Of a stretch of DNA of 64,000 nt, positions 1 through 10,024 are shown piece after piece. The stretch comes from an uncultured Gammaproteobacteria bacterium (lineage in GTDB: Bacteria > Patescibacteriota > Microgenomatia > UBA1406 > GWC2-37-13): contig CAZHVF010000001.1 in assembly GCA_964535635.1 (NCBI GenBank), forward strand, positions 6,508 to 70,507, given 5' to 3'. Below the pieces are notes generated by a model. The model did no database searches, was not told where the DNA came from, and worked only from the letters and a program-made list of their open reading frames with translations. The number at the start of each line of letters is the position of its first letter. The stretch's first letter is position 1. The translations under genes were made by a program, and so were the position numbers.

Positions 1-46
1 GCTAACATTCCTTCTAAGATACATATAGTATACCATATTCCCCGTA

Positions 47-298
47 TTATTCAAACTCCTGGAGGAATTTAGCCAATGGTTCATGAAACTTACTGTGATA
101 CGTGTAGACGAGACCAACAAAGCACAGTCCGGTGAGTCCAAGTACCACATATTGCGCAATCAGATCATCTCGTAAGAACATCTCGTAGATGATGTTCGCC
201 GAAACATTAATCAGTAGACCAATCGTCAATGCGAGTATAAACAGCGCGTATCCATGAGTATTTCCCGTTTGTTTCTGTGATTCCGAACTGGAGGTCAT
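47..298 (-). CDS. hypothetical small membrane protein
   Basis: 83-aa ORF with two hydrophobic helices (YALFILALTIGLLINV, YVVLGLTGLCFVGLVY). No recognisable family. Lies in an AT-rich stretch. Confidence 0.4.
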   Translation of the reverse strand: MTSSSESQKQTGNTHGYALFILALTIGLLINVSANIIYEMFLRDDLIAQYVVLGLTGLCFVGLVYTYHSKFHEPLAKFLQEFE

Positions 299-373
299 AG
301 AATTAGTCTACCATGTAAATATTATTGATCAACGCTTTTTTATTCTACTTAGTGAAAGTTACCAGGCGCCTCA

Positions 374-796
374 CTACCTTCTAGATGAAACCTTCTTATG
401 GAGTTTTATGGCGACGAAAAAGTGGAGAACATACAGTGTTAGAACTAAAACGATCGAAGACACGCTAACCAGGTCTAGGTTTGAACTCTTAAATGCGTGG
501 GGCAAAAGAATCGGCAATTCAATTATATATAAGATGGGACCAAGTAAGATTAAAATGGCGGCAGAAAATCTGTTTCCTTTGCAGAAAGTGGCTAGAATCA
601 AGACGAGGAGAAAGCTAATAGGTACAAGGTACCACACCATTATCGATGCAAGTCCAGCATTCGGCTGGCTAAGCACTATCGATAAACCCATCGAAGTTAA
701 TATCGGGACTAACAAAATTACACCAGTCAATAATCGCATTATAAGCAGAAATAGCTGTTCAATTCGGGATATATCCTTCTTGTTTTGACTAATCAT
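374..796 (-). CDS. hypothetical polytopic membrane protein
   Basis: 140-aa ORF with about 4 hydrophobic segments. Preferred over the basic, low-complexity antisense ORF 408..788. Confidence 0.45.
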   Translation of the reverse strand: MISQNKKDISRIEQLFLLIMRLLTGVILLVPILTSMGLSIVLSQPNAGLASIMVWYLVPISFLLVLILATFCKGNRFSAAILILLGPILYIIELPILLPHAFKSSNLDLVSVSSIVLVLTLYVLHFFVAIKLHKKVSSRR

Positions 797-1521
797 TATT
801 ATTTCTCACTAAGCCAGTTTAGTACATTTATGAGTGAGAATGCTACCTCTTTTTAAATTACTGACGATAAAAGTACTGATAGGAATGAGATTCGGTATAA
901 AGTATCTCAAATAGTAAAATCGGACTACGTTGGCGAGGCGTGAAAGTATTTACTAATGAACTCAGCTGTAACGCTATTCATCCACTTATAAATTTCGTGG
1001 TGATTCCTACAATTAGCTCTGGAACAAATTGATAACTTGTTAACCAAAAGGGGTTGAAGGCGAATAAAGCTTCCGCACGGGAAGGTTTGGATGCTGCGGA
1101 TTCTCCGTTTCTTTATAACTTATCAATATACCGTGCTTCACTTCAAATCAGTTGAGCAAGGGGTAAAGAGGTTCCTCATTTCTTCCTGTCAACTTAATGA
1201 TGCTGTACCCGTGAATCCACTCGTTGTCAAGGAATAAGTCGGCCATACCTTGCAATACCAGGGCTTCATCGGAGGTGAGCGATCTTCGTGACGTGCCTCT
1301 ATCCTTGATAATACCGGACACTGCCTTAAGCGAAGTTGACAGCTGAGCGATCGTTCTTTCTGCGTAAGCCGTACAAAATTATAGTAAGTATATCGTTTGT
1401 GGGCTCTTCTAATAGGCCGGTTCCAAAGTTTCGGCAATGCGATAATTAGTCTAATGTGAATATAAGAAACATACACATAACTTAGGTGGGAACGGAACAT
1501 GAATGGTATAATTACTCTACT

Positions 1522-1604
1522 CCAGAGATACCCAAGTGGCCAACGGGGGCAGACTGTAAATCTGCTGGCTTATGCCTTCGGGGGTTCGAATCCCTCTCTC
1601 TGGA
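1522..1604 (+). tRNA. tRNA-Tyr (anticodon GTA), class II with long variable arm; first acceptor pair folds as C1:G72
   Basis: Hand fold: acceptor CCAGAGA/TCTCTGG, U8, anticodon stem GCAGA/TCTGC, loop CTGTAAA, long variable arm, T arm GGGGG-TTCGAAT-CCCTC, discriminator A. CCA not encoded. TGGTATAAT lies 9 nt upstream. Confidence 0.88.
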
Positions 1605-1638
1605 CAAACCTACTCAGAACAGTGATGCTTTTCTCACA

Positions 1639-1678
1639 TTGACTCCCTATCCAGAATTGATTACTATTCCCCTAGGGG
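1639..1678 (+). promoter_or_regulatory. candidate sigma-70 promoter (TTGACT-N17-TACTAT) with overlapping CsoR-type operator CCCCTAGGGG
   Basis: TTGACT at 1639-1644, 17-nt spacer, TACTAT at 1662-1667. Perfect 10-bp G/C palindrome at 1669-1678 over the expected start site, 6 nt upstream of the csoR ATG. Confidence 0.55.
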
Positions 1679-1683
1679 GGGAT

Positions 1684-1959
1684 ATGTCATACACACCAAA
1701 AACCACTAAAGAGCGTTTACTCCACCGACTCAAAATTTCTCAGGGACACCTCAAAAAGGTTCTTGAACTTGTCGAGAAAGATCATTACTGCATCGATGTC
1801 CTCCATCAACTCCACGCTGTTGAGAGAGGCCTCAAAAGCACCGAAGATCTCATTCTTGAGAACCATCTCCGAACCTGTGCTTCCGATAGTATCAAGCAGG
1901 GAAAAAGTGAAATAGTCATTACAGAGTTAATGGAGATTATTGGTAGAACCGAACGATAA
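1684..1959 (+). CDS. csoR: CsoR/RcnR-family metal-sensing transcriptional repressor (DUF156)
   Basis: 91 aa from ATG 1684. Motifs LKISQGHLKKV, HYCIDVLHQLHAV and ENHLRTC are typical of CsoR. The ORF-track N-terminal extension runs through the tRNA-Tyr gene and was trimmed. Confidence 0.85.
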   Translation: MSYTPKTTKERLLHRLKISQGHLKKVLELVEKDHYCIDVLHQLHAVERGLKSTEDLILENHLRTCASDSIKQGKSEIVITELMEIIGRTER

Positions 1960-1960
1960 T

Positions 1961-4249
1961 ATGCGGACGAACTCAACTCCAACAACATTCAAGGTGCTTG
2001 GCATGCACTGCGCCAGCTGTGCAGCGAACATTCGGCGCTCGTTGAAAAAAATACCGGGTGTCATCGACTGCGATGTAAACTACGCAACGGAGCAGGCTAC
2101 TCTTTCTTACGATCAAGACAGCGTTTCGGTTGAGACAATGAACAGACATCTCCAACTACTCGGCTATTCGATAGAACCAAAGGCGACTATGAATCACTCC
2201 ACGGAGCATGGTCGTACGAACAGTTCAGGACATAATCATCAGCACGATGAAAAGACTATCGAACTTGCGATTCAGATTCGACAGCTTAGGATCATAGGAG
2301 TACTCATGATAACAACTGTCCTGATCATGGGTTGGGAGCTCGGAGCGTCTCTTCGACAACTACCACGGATGAACGATGTTGTAATGAATGTAGTACATCA
2401 CCTCCTTCCCGTCATGGCAACCTATGTAATGTTTGTTGTTGGACTGCCCTACATCAAGGCGATCGGAAGATTTCTTCGATATCGCGTCGCCAACATGGAT
2501 ACACTGGTCGGAATCGGGACCTTAGCCGCATACGTCTATAGCTTTATTGTCTCGGCATTTGAAGGACCGCTTGCATCGATCATTAATGTTGAGCAGACAT
2601 ACTATGATGTAACGATCATTGTTATTGGGTTTATTACACTTGGAAAATATCTTGAAGCAAAGCACAAACAGCGAACCGGTGCAGCAATCGAAAAGTTAAT
2701 TCAACTCCAGTCGAAGACCGCAATTGTACTTCGCGAAGGAAAGGAGATCGAAACTCGGATCGAAGACGTCCAGATACAAGACTTGGTCGTCGTTAAACCA
2801 GGGATGAGAGTACCACTTGACGGAGTAATTACGGAGGGCGATTCTGCGATCGATGAGTCGATGATTACCGGTGAGTCGGTTCCGGTCGATAAAACAGTTG
2901 GCGATACGGTTATCGGCGCAACTCTAAACAAGCATGGGTTTATCATTGTTAAAACAACAAAGAGAGCGTCCGACACCGTTCTTTCACAGATTATCGCGAT
3001 GGTTGAGCGTGCTCAAGGGTCACGTGCACCCATACAAAATGTTGTCGATCGAGTCTCAGAAATTTTTGTACCGATTGTGCTCGTAGCCGCTCTCGCAACC
3101 CTCCTGATCTGGCTTACCATTGGTATTCCTTCGATCGGGATCTCGTCAGCAGTATCGCTCGGTTTATTAAGCAGCATTGGTGTACTTGTTATTGCCTGCC
3201 CGTGCGCACTCGGACTCGCCACACCCACGGCCATCATCGTGGGCGTCGGACGCGCCGCCGAACACGGCATTCTAATTAAGAATGCCGAAAGCCTCGAACA
3301 ACTTTCATCGATAGATTCAGTGGTATTTGACAAAACCGGCACTATTACTCACGGTGCTCCGGTAGTTACCGATATTCGATCACTCGATCCAAAGATCTCT
3401 GAGAGCCGGCTACTGAGACTTGCGGCGAGTATTGAACGACGGTCAGAACATCCGCTGGCAGCTGCTATTGTGCATCGCGCTCAGACGAATAGGATGTCAC
3501 TATTCGCTGTTTCTAAGTTTCGGTCTACAGTTGGACACGGTGCAGAAGGAATTGTTGAAAAAAAGCATGTTTCGGTCCATAAGCCGGATCGACAAGAACT
3601 CGATCAACAGACAGTGAAACTCATCAACGAGGGAAAGACCATCGTCTCAATATCGATCAATAAGAAACATGTTGGACTGATCGCTCTGAGTGATACCGTG
3701 AAACCAGATGCACATCGGGTGATTCAACAACTTTCAGACCTGGGTATCCAGACGTTGCTGTTGACCGGAGACAACGCGAAAGCAGGATCGTACATTGCAA
3801 AACAGGTTGGTGTCGACACGGTGATCGCAGAGGTGCTGCCACAGGAAAAAGCGGCACAAATACAGAAACTACAAAGTCAGGGTAAGAAGGTTGCGATGGT
3901 TGGCGATGGGATCAACGACGCTCCCGCACTTACACAAGCGCAGGTCGGCGTCGCAATGGCAACCGGCACAGATATCGCAATCGAGTCGGGCGACGTGATC
4001 CTGTTGCACGGCGATCTACAGAAACTACTTTCCGCAGTCCAGATTGCCCGAGCAACTACTCGAACCGTACATCAAAATTTATTCTGGGCATTCATATACA
4101 ATGTTATCGGCATTCCAATCGCAGCCGGAGTTCTCTATCCGATAAACGGTACGCTCTTAAATCCGATGATTGCTGGTATTGCAATGGCCGGAAGTAGTGT
4201 GTCGGTGGTACTCAATTCACTCAGGCTGCAGAAAGTTAAAACCAAATAA
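1961..4249 (+). CDS. copA: copper-translocating P1B-type ATPase
   Basis: N-terminal HMA domain GMHCASCA, CPC motif (IACPCALGLATP), DKTGT phosphorylation site, GDGINDAPAL hinge. ATG 1961 lies 1 nt after the csoR stop (alternative TTG at 1940). Confidence 0.95.
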   Translation: MRTNSTPTTFKVLGMHCASCAANIRRSLKKIPGVIDCDVNYATEQATLSYDQDSVSVETMNRHLQLLGYSIEPKATMNHSTEHGRTNSSGHNHQHDEKTIELAIQIRQLRIIGVLMITTVLIMGWELGASLRQLPRMNDVVMNVVHHLLPVMATYVMFVVGLPYIKAIGRFLRYRVANMDTLVGIGTLAAYVYSFIVSAFEGPLASIINVEQTYYDVTIIVIGFITLGKYLEAKHKQRTGAAIEKLIQLQSKTAIVLREGKEIETRIEDVQIQDLVVVKPGMRVPLDGVITEGDSAIDESMITGESVPVDKTVGDTVIGATLNKHGFIIVKTTKRASDTVLSQIIAMVERAQGSRAPIQNVVDRVSEIFVPIVLVAALATLLIWLTIGIPSIGISSAVSLGLLSSIGVLVIACPCALGLATPTAIIVGVGRAAEHGILIKNAESLEQLSSIDSVVFDKTGTITHGAPVVTDIRSLDPKISESRLLRLAASIERRSEHPLAAAIVHRAQTNRMSLFAVSKFRSTVGHGAEGIVEKKHVSVHKPDRQELDQQTVKLINEGKTIVSISINKKHVGLIALSDTVKPDAHRVIQQLSDLGIQTLLLTGDNAKAGSYIAKQVGVDTVIAEVLPQEKAAQIQKLQSQGKKVAMVGDGINDAPALTQAQVGVAMATGTDIAIESGDVILLHGDLQKLLSAVQIARATTRTVHQNLFWAFIYNVIGIPIAAGVLYPINGTLLNPMIAGIAMAGSSVSVVLNSLRLQKVKTK

Positions 4250-4253
4250 CGAT

Positions 4254-5258
4254 ATGAAACTCATAAATCTTGTTTCCATCTTTATCACCGGTCTTGTTGC
4301 GGGCGGGCTGACCTGTATGGCAGTTCAAGGGGGATTGCTTGCGTCGGCGATTGCCCAACGAGAGAGTGAGTCGCTCAAGAAGAACGATAAAAATCACCTA
4401 CACGTACTTCCAATTCTCGCGTTTCTCGGAGCAAAATTGATCGCCTACACTGCCCTCGGCTTCCTTCTCGGCTGGGTGGGCTCATTATTTCAACTCTCAC
4501 TTTCGATGCAGTTCTTGCTCCAGATGGGGGTAGCGGTATTCATGATTGGGACCGCTCTCAATATTCTCGATGTTCATCCAATGTTTCGCTACTTTGCACT
4601 TCAGCCACCACATGCGGTAGCCCGGCTCGTGCGCCGACAGTCAAAACAACGAGCGCTGTTCGCTCCTGCGATTCTCGGAGCATTTACTGTTTTCATCCCC
4701 TGTGGAACGACTCAAGCAATGATGGCACTTGCCATTGCCTCTGGTAGTCCTATTGCCGGAGCAGTGACGATGTTTACTTTTGTTCTTGGGACAGTGCCGG
4801 TCTTTTTTACACTCGGATACTTCATGATGAAGGTGTCAGACATTCAAGAAGGTAGGTTTATGAAGATCGCGGCGGTTGCGATCATTATTCTCGCTCTTTT
4901 CAATCTGAATAACGCGCTCGGGCTCGCTGGCGCAGGTATTCCGATCGGGAACTATAGCCCTTCGAATTCGATATCGGCCCCGGCCTCGACAACGGCAACG
5001 ATTTCTATCACCGCTCGTGGATATAGTCCCGAAACAATAGTTCTTAAAACGAATTCAGATGTTACCCTTACTATTACAAATGCGGATATTGTGACCTGTG
5101 CCGCAGCGTTTACGATTCCGCAGTATGGAATTCAAACTGTGATTCGACCCGGTACAAGCGAAACGGTTCGGTTTCGTACACCCACCAAGCCAACCACAAT
5201 TCCATTTATGTGTAGTATGGGAATGTACCGAGGTATAATTATTGTCTCCGATAACTAA
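4254..5258 (+). CDS. membrane protein: TauE/SafE-like polytopic domain fused to C-terminal cupredoxin-like domain
   Basis: 334 aa from ATG 4254. TM region carries GGLTCMAVQGG and FIPCGTTQAM motifs. The C-terminal beta-rich domain ends in IPFMCSMGMYRGIIIV. Located between copA and copZ. Confidence 0.75.
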   Translation: MKLINLVSIFITGLVAGGLTCMAVQGGLLASAIAQRESESLKKNDKNHLHVLPILAFLGAKLIAYTALGFLLGWVGSLFQLSLSMQFLLQMGVAVFMIGTALNILDVHPMFRYFALQPPHAVARLVRRQSKQRALFAPAILGAFTVFIPCGTTQAMMALAIASGSPIAGAVTMFTFVLGTVPVFFTLGYFMMKVSDIQEGRFMKIAAVAIIILALFNLNNALGLAGAGIPIGNYSPSNSISAPASTTATISITARGYSPETIVLKTNSDVTLTITNADIVTCAAAFTIPQYGIQTVIRPGTSETVRFRTPTKPTTIPFMCSMGMYRGIIIVSDN

Positions 5259-5261
5259 TAT

Positions 5262-5474
5262 ATGAAGCAGTCAATTACACTCCGGATTCAAGGAATGCAC
5301 TGCTCTAGTTGTGCGATGAATATTGATGGAGAACTCGAGGATCTGGGGGTCCTCCGATCGCGTACTCAGTACGCGCAGAGCGAGACCGTAGTTGAGTTCG
5401 ACAAACCGATAACCGTTGCTCGAATTCGAAAAACGATCAAGGCGCTCGGCTACGAATCATCCCTAAAACAGTAG
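5262..5474 (+). CDS. copZ: heavy-metal-associated (HMA) copper chaperone
   Basis: 70 aa with the GMHCSSCAMNI metal-binding motif and ferredoxin-like length. Confidence 0.85.
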   Translation: MKQSITLRIQGMHCSSCAMNIDGELEDLGVLRSRTQYAQSETVVEFDKPITVARIRKTIKALGYESSLKQ

Positions 5475-5497
5475 AGAGTGTTTGCTATACTATAACC

Positions 5498-6445
5498 ATG
5501 TTGCGTAACTGGTGGAATACATTTGTAACCGCTCTGACCAAACCGAGATCATACTCAGATCTGATGAAGCGGTCGTTCTGGGGCGGGTACGGGTACCTCT
5601 ATCTCCTCTTCTTTGTTGTGGTACTGATTAAGTCGGTCCAGTTTGGTGCAGAAATGCTCCAGTCGCTCCCGAAGATCGAGGCATCGCTCCCTGAAGTAAA
5701 ACAAACCATTGTTAATGCCTACCCATCTGGATTGGTTGTAGAAATCAAAAATGGACAGGCGTCTACGAATGCTGTGGAACCGTACACTCTTACACTGAAA
5801 CAGGTCTATCCTAAACTCAGAGAAAAAGACAACGTACGACTTCTTACGATCGACACTCAAGCGACAGCCGACGACTATGAGCGGTATGGATCTTTCGTGC
5901 TTTTGACCAGAAACAACGTCATCTATCCAGCTCGGAACGAATCATCCCGAAAAATGGGTTCGTATGAAATTACTCCGCTCAGCTCAATGAAGGAAGACCT
6001 TATCATCGATCAGTCCCTCTACTCGCTCCTTACCGCAAAAGCGCTCCCGTATGTCGACAAGGTTCCGGGATTTTTACGGGTGTTTGCAGTTGTCGCCATC
6101 GTCGTATTCCCGTTTGTCGGGTCGTTATTTATGGTGAATGCTTCTCTTCTGTATCTCTTGCTCATGACGCTCGTTGTCTGGATTGTGGGTAAAGTGATGA
6201 AGTCGGGGCTTGGATATGGCGCATTGTACAAGGCGGGTCTGTACGGGCTCACGCTGCCGATCGTGGCACAGGAGGTTGCATCACTCCTGCGACTTCAAAT
6301 TCCGGGGCTTTACAACCTTCTGTTTATCGGTTGGATGATTTGTGTCTTGACACTCAATCGATCCGGTATATATACTCAAAGTAATGCAAGATCGAAGAAG
6401 GTTTCATCTCGTAAAGCACTATCTTCTCGTAATCGCCGGGCTTAA
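5498..6445 (+). CDS. hypothetical membrane protein (possibly DUF1189-like)
   Basis: 315 aa: N-terminal TM, about 150-aa extracytoplasmic segment, then 4-5 TMs and a basic tail. The family assignment is tentative. TATACT lies 6 nt upstream of the ATG. Confidence 0.7.
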   Translation: MLRNWWNTFVTALTKPRSYSDLMKRSFWGGYGYLYLLFFVVVLIKSVQFGAEMLQSLPKIEASLPEVKQTIVNAYPSGLVVEIKNGQASTNAVEPYTLTLKQVYPKLREKDNVRLLTIDTQATADDYERYGSFVLLTRNNVIYPARNESSRKMGSYEITPLSSMKEDLIIDQSLYSLLTAKALPYVDKVPGFLRVFAVVAIVVFPFVGSLFMVNASLLYLLLMTLVVWIVGKVMKSGLGYGALYKAGLYGLTLPIVAQEVASLLRLQIPGLYNLLFIGWMICVLTLNRSGIYTQSNARSKKVSSRKALSSRNRRA

Positions 6446-6605
6446 TCTCGGATTTGTCGGTATTTTCCAGGTAGATCTTATTCAGTCGTTGTTTGGCGCA
6501 TCGCCACTCCTCATCAGAGTTTTGTACGTTCTCATCGGCACATCCGCAATACTTGATCTCATGACACATGGTGCAAACTGCAAACTGTGTCTACGGAAAA
6601 AGTGA
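6384..6605 (+). CDS. DUF378-family small membrane protein
   Basis: LLVIAGLNLGFVGIFQVDLIQSLFG...RVLYVLIGTSAI matches the DUF378 pattern. Start is uncertain because the ORF overlaps the upstream gene by 62 nt. Confidence 0.6.
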   Translation: MQDRRRFHLVKHYLLVIAGLNLGFVGIFQVDLIQSLFGASPLLIRVLYVLIGTSAILDLMTHGANCKLCLRKK

Positions 6606-6637
6606 ACTTATTGTTATAAATTATCAGCACATATATC

Positions 6638-6787
6638 ATGGCAAAGAAAAAACGTGCCGTAGTAAAGAGAAGCTCCAAAGCACATCCGCTTGAGAGCCCA
6701 ATTATTCAAATCGGCATTGTGTTTATCGTACTTTGCGCGCTTTTCCTCATGTTCTATGCAGGAAAGTCAGCACAAATGTATCAATAA
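6638..6787 (+). CDS. hypothetical 49-aa single-TM protein
   Basis: ATG 6638, basic N-terminus (MAKKKRAVVKR) followed by one TM helix. Below the ORF-track length cut-off; weak support. Confidence 0.3.
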   Translation: MAKKKRAVVKRSSKAHPLESPIIQIGIVFIVLCALFLMFYAGKSAQMYQ

Positions 6788-6805
6788 TCATTTGACTCTT
6801 GCATT

Positions 6806-6836
6806 AAAAAATCCCGACTTTCGTCGGGATTTTTTG
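6806..6836. terminator. bidirectional rho-independent terminator
   Basis: AAAAA-ATCCCGAC-TTTC-GTCGGGAT-TTTTT. An 8-bp GC-containing stem is flanked by an A-run and a T-run, between convergent genes (small ORFs on +, groEL on -). Confidence 0.7.
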
Positions 6837-6853
6837 TTGGGTGACAAAGCAAC

Positions 6854-8843
<1,990 letters not shown>

Positions 8844-8926
8844 AGCTTTTACTTTTAAAAACTAATAAAATGAATTGACCCAAGGTCTGTTTTTAGGGTT
8901 ATCCTGAAGCTATTTCAGGACCCCAA

Positions 8927-8953
8927 TTAGCAGTCAAAGCATGAGTATGATAA
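8927..8953. promoter_or_regulatory. degenerate CIRCE-like inverted repeat (possible HrcA operator)
   Basis: TTAGCAGTC-N9-GTATGATAA versus consensus TTAGCACTC-N9-GAGTGCTAA (8/9 and 6/9 matches). Sits in the divergent groES / Lon-like intergenic region. Confidence 0.35.
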
Positions 8954-8980
8954 TACATTATTCATGTGTTGTCAATATTT

Positions 8981-10024
8981 ATGAATCCGCAAAATAGTCT
9001 TCAGGAAATCGATAAATTGATTCAGCAACTCCAGTCTGCTCAGTTACCGCAAGAGTTGAAGGAAAAAGCACTTCAACAGATTGAGCGAATCTCTCTTACG
9101 TTGAAATTTGGCGGATCACTCGCGCAGTTCGATGTAGCGCAGAAGTACATCGACTGGATCACCCACCTTCCGTGGAATACCTCTACCCAAGAAAAACTCA
9201 ACATTACAGAAGTTAAACAGATGCTTGATGCGCGGCATTTTGGTCTCGAGAAGATCAAAACTCGCGTACTCGAGTACCTCTCGATTCTCACGCTCCAGCG
9301 ACAGTCCGCAAACGCACTTTCTTATCATGCACCAGTGCTCTTTTTTGTGGGACTTGCAGGAACTGGAAAGACAACCTTTGCTCAAGCAATCGCAGAAGCA
9401 CTCGGTCGTGCATTTGTCCGAATCCCGTTCGGAGGTCTCTCGTCTGCGCTCGATCTCCGCGGTCAATCGAAGACCTCTCCTGAAGCAGAGCCTGGTGCAA
9501 TCATCAAGGTCTTGAGACAGGCTCAGTCGAACAATCCCGTAATTCTCCTGGATGAACTTGACCGTATCGCCCCTGCGGCGCAGCCGTCTATTATGGGCGT
9601 TCTTCTCGAGTTACTCGATCCGAACCAGAACAAAACATTCACTGATCACTTCATCGACTACCCGTTCGATCTTTCGAAGGTTCTGTTCGTTGCAACAGCA
9701 AACAACACGAATGCGATCTCGACCGCGGTTCTCGACCGTCTTGAAGTGGTACAGATGCCGGCATACACCGATGCCGAGAAGATCGCCATAGCGAAACAGT
9801 ATGTACTTCCCAAGGCAATTCGTAACGCCGGCATGCCGGAGAACACAATCGTGATTGATGATATGCTTTGGCAAAAAGTTACGCGACCGCTGGGCTTTGA
9901 CTCAGGAATCCGAACGCTCGAGCGAACGATCGAAGGAATCGTTCGACGAGCTGCATTCAAATTGGTTCATGGACAACAAGGTCCATTCCACCTTACCGAA
10001 CTCAACATCAAGGAGTTTTTGTAG
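8981..10024 (+). CDS. Lon-like AAA+ ATPase module lacking both the N-terminal LAN domain and the S16 protease domain
   Basis: Lon-specific pre-AAA helix (YIDWITHLPW, FGLEKIKTRVLEYL), Walker A GLAGTGKTT, Walker B ILLDELD, FVATANN, LDRLEVVQMPAYTDAEKIAIAKQY, GIRTLER. The ORF stops right after the AAA+ lid. ATG 8981 (alternative GTG 8966). Confidence 0.85.
   Translation: MNPQNSLQEIDKLIQQLQSAQLPQELKEKALQQIERISLTLKFGGSLAQFDVAQKYIDWITHLPWNTSTQEKLNITEVKQMLDARHFGLEKIKTRVLEYLSILTLQRQSANALSYHAPVLFFVGLAGTGKTTFAQAIAEALGRAFVRIPFGGLSSALDLRGQSKTSPEAEPGAIIKVLRQAQSNNPVILLDELDRIAPAAQPSIMGVLLELLDPNQNKTFTDHFIDYPFDLSKVLFVATANNTNAISTAVLDRLEVVQMPAYTDAEKIAIAKQYVLPKAIRNAGMPENTIVIDDMLWQKVTRPLGFDSGIRTLERTIEGIVRRAAFKLVHGQQGPFHLTELNIKEFL

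Noticed and set aside
408-788. 126-aa + strand ORF antisense to 374..796
   Set aside because: It is basic and low-complexity with no hydrophobic core pattern. The opposite-strand ORF encodes a coherent multi-TM protein. Only one of the two can be real, and support for either is modest.
1189-1500. 103-aa - strand ORF, and RNase P-like fragments (GGAATAAGTCGGCC at 1231-1244; CGGCTTAC on the opposite strand near 1366-1373)
   Set aside because: The ORF has implausible composition (rich in R, Y, L and S). The two RNase P-like strings lie on opposite strands, and no P4/CR-I GAGGAAAGTCC, CR-II or CR-IV could be found. The similarity is probably coincidental.
1486-1683. N-terminal 66 codons of ORF 1486..1959
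   Set aside because: This part of the ORF reads straight through the tRNA-Tyr gene and the cop promoter/operator. The CsoR homology starts at Met-67 (ATG 1684).
9073-9960. Cluster of overlapping 65-116-aa ORFs in other frames of the Lon-like gene
   Set aside because: All lie within one well-supported AAA+ coding frame and have no independent signals.
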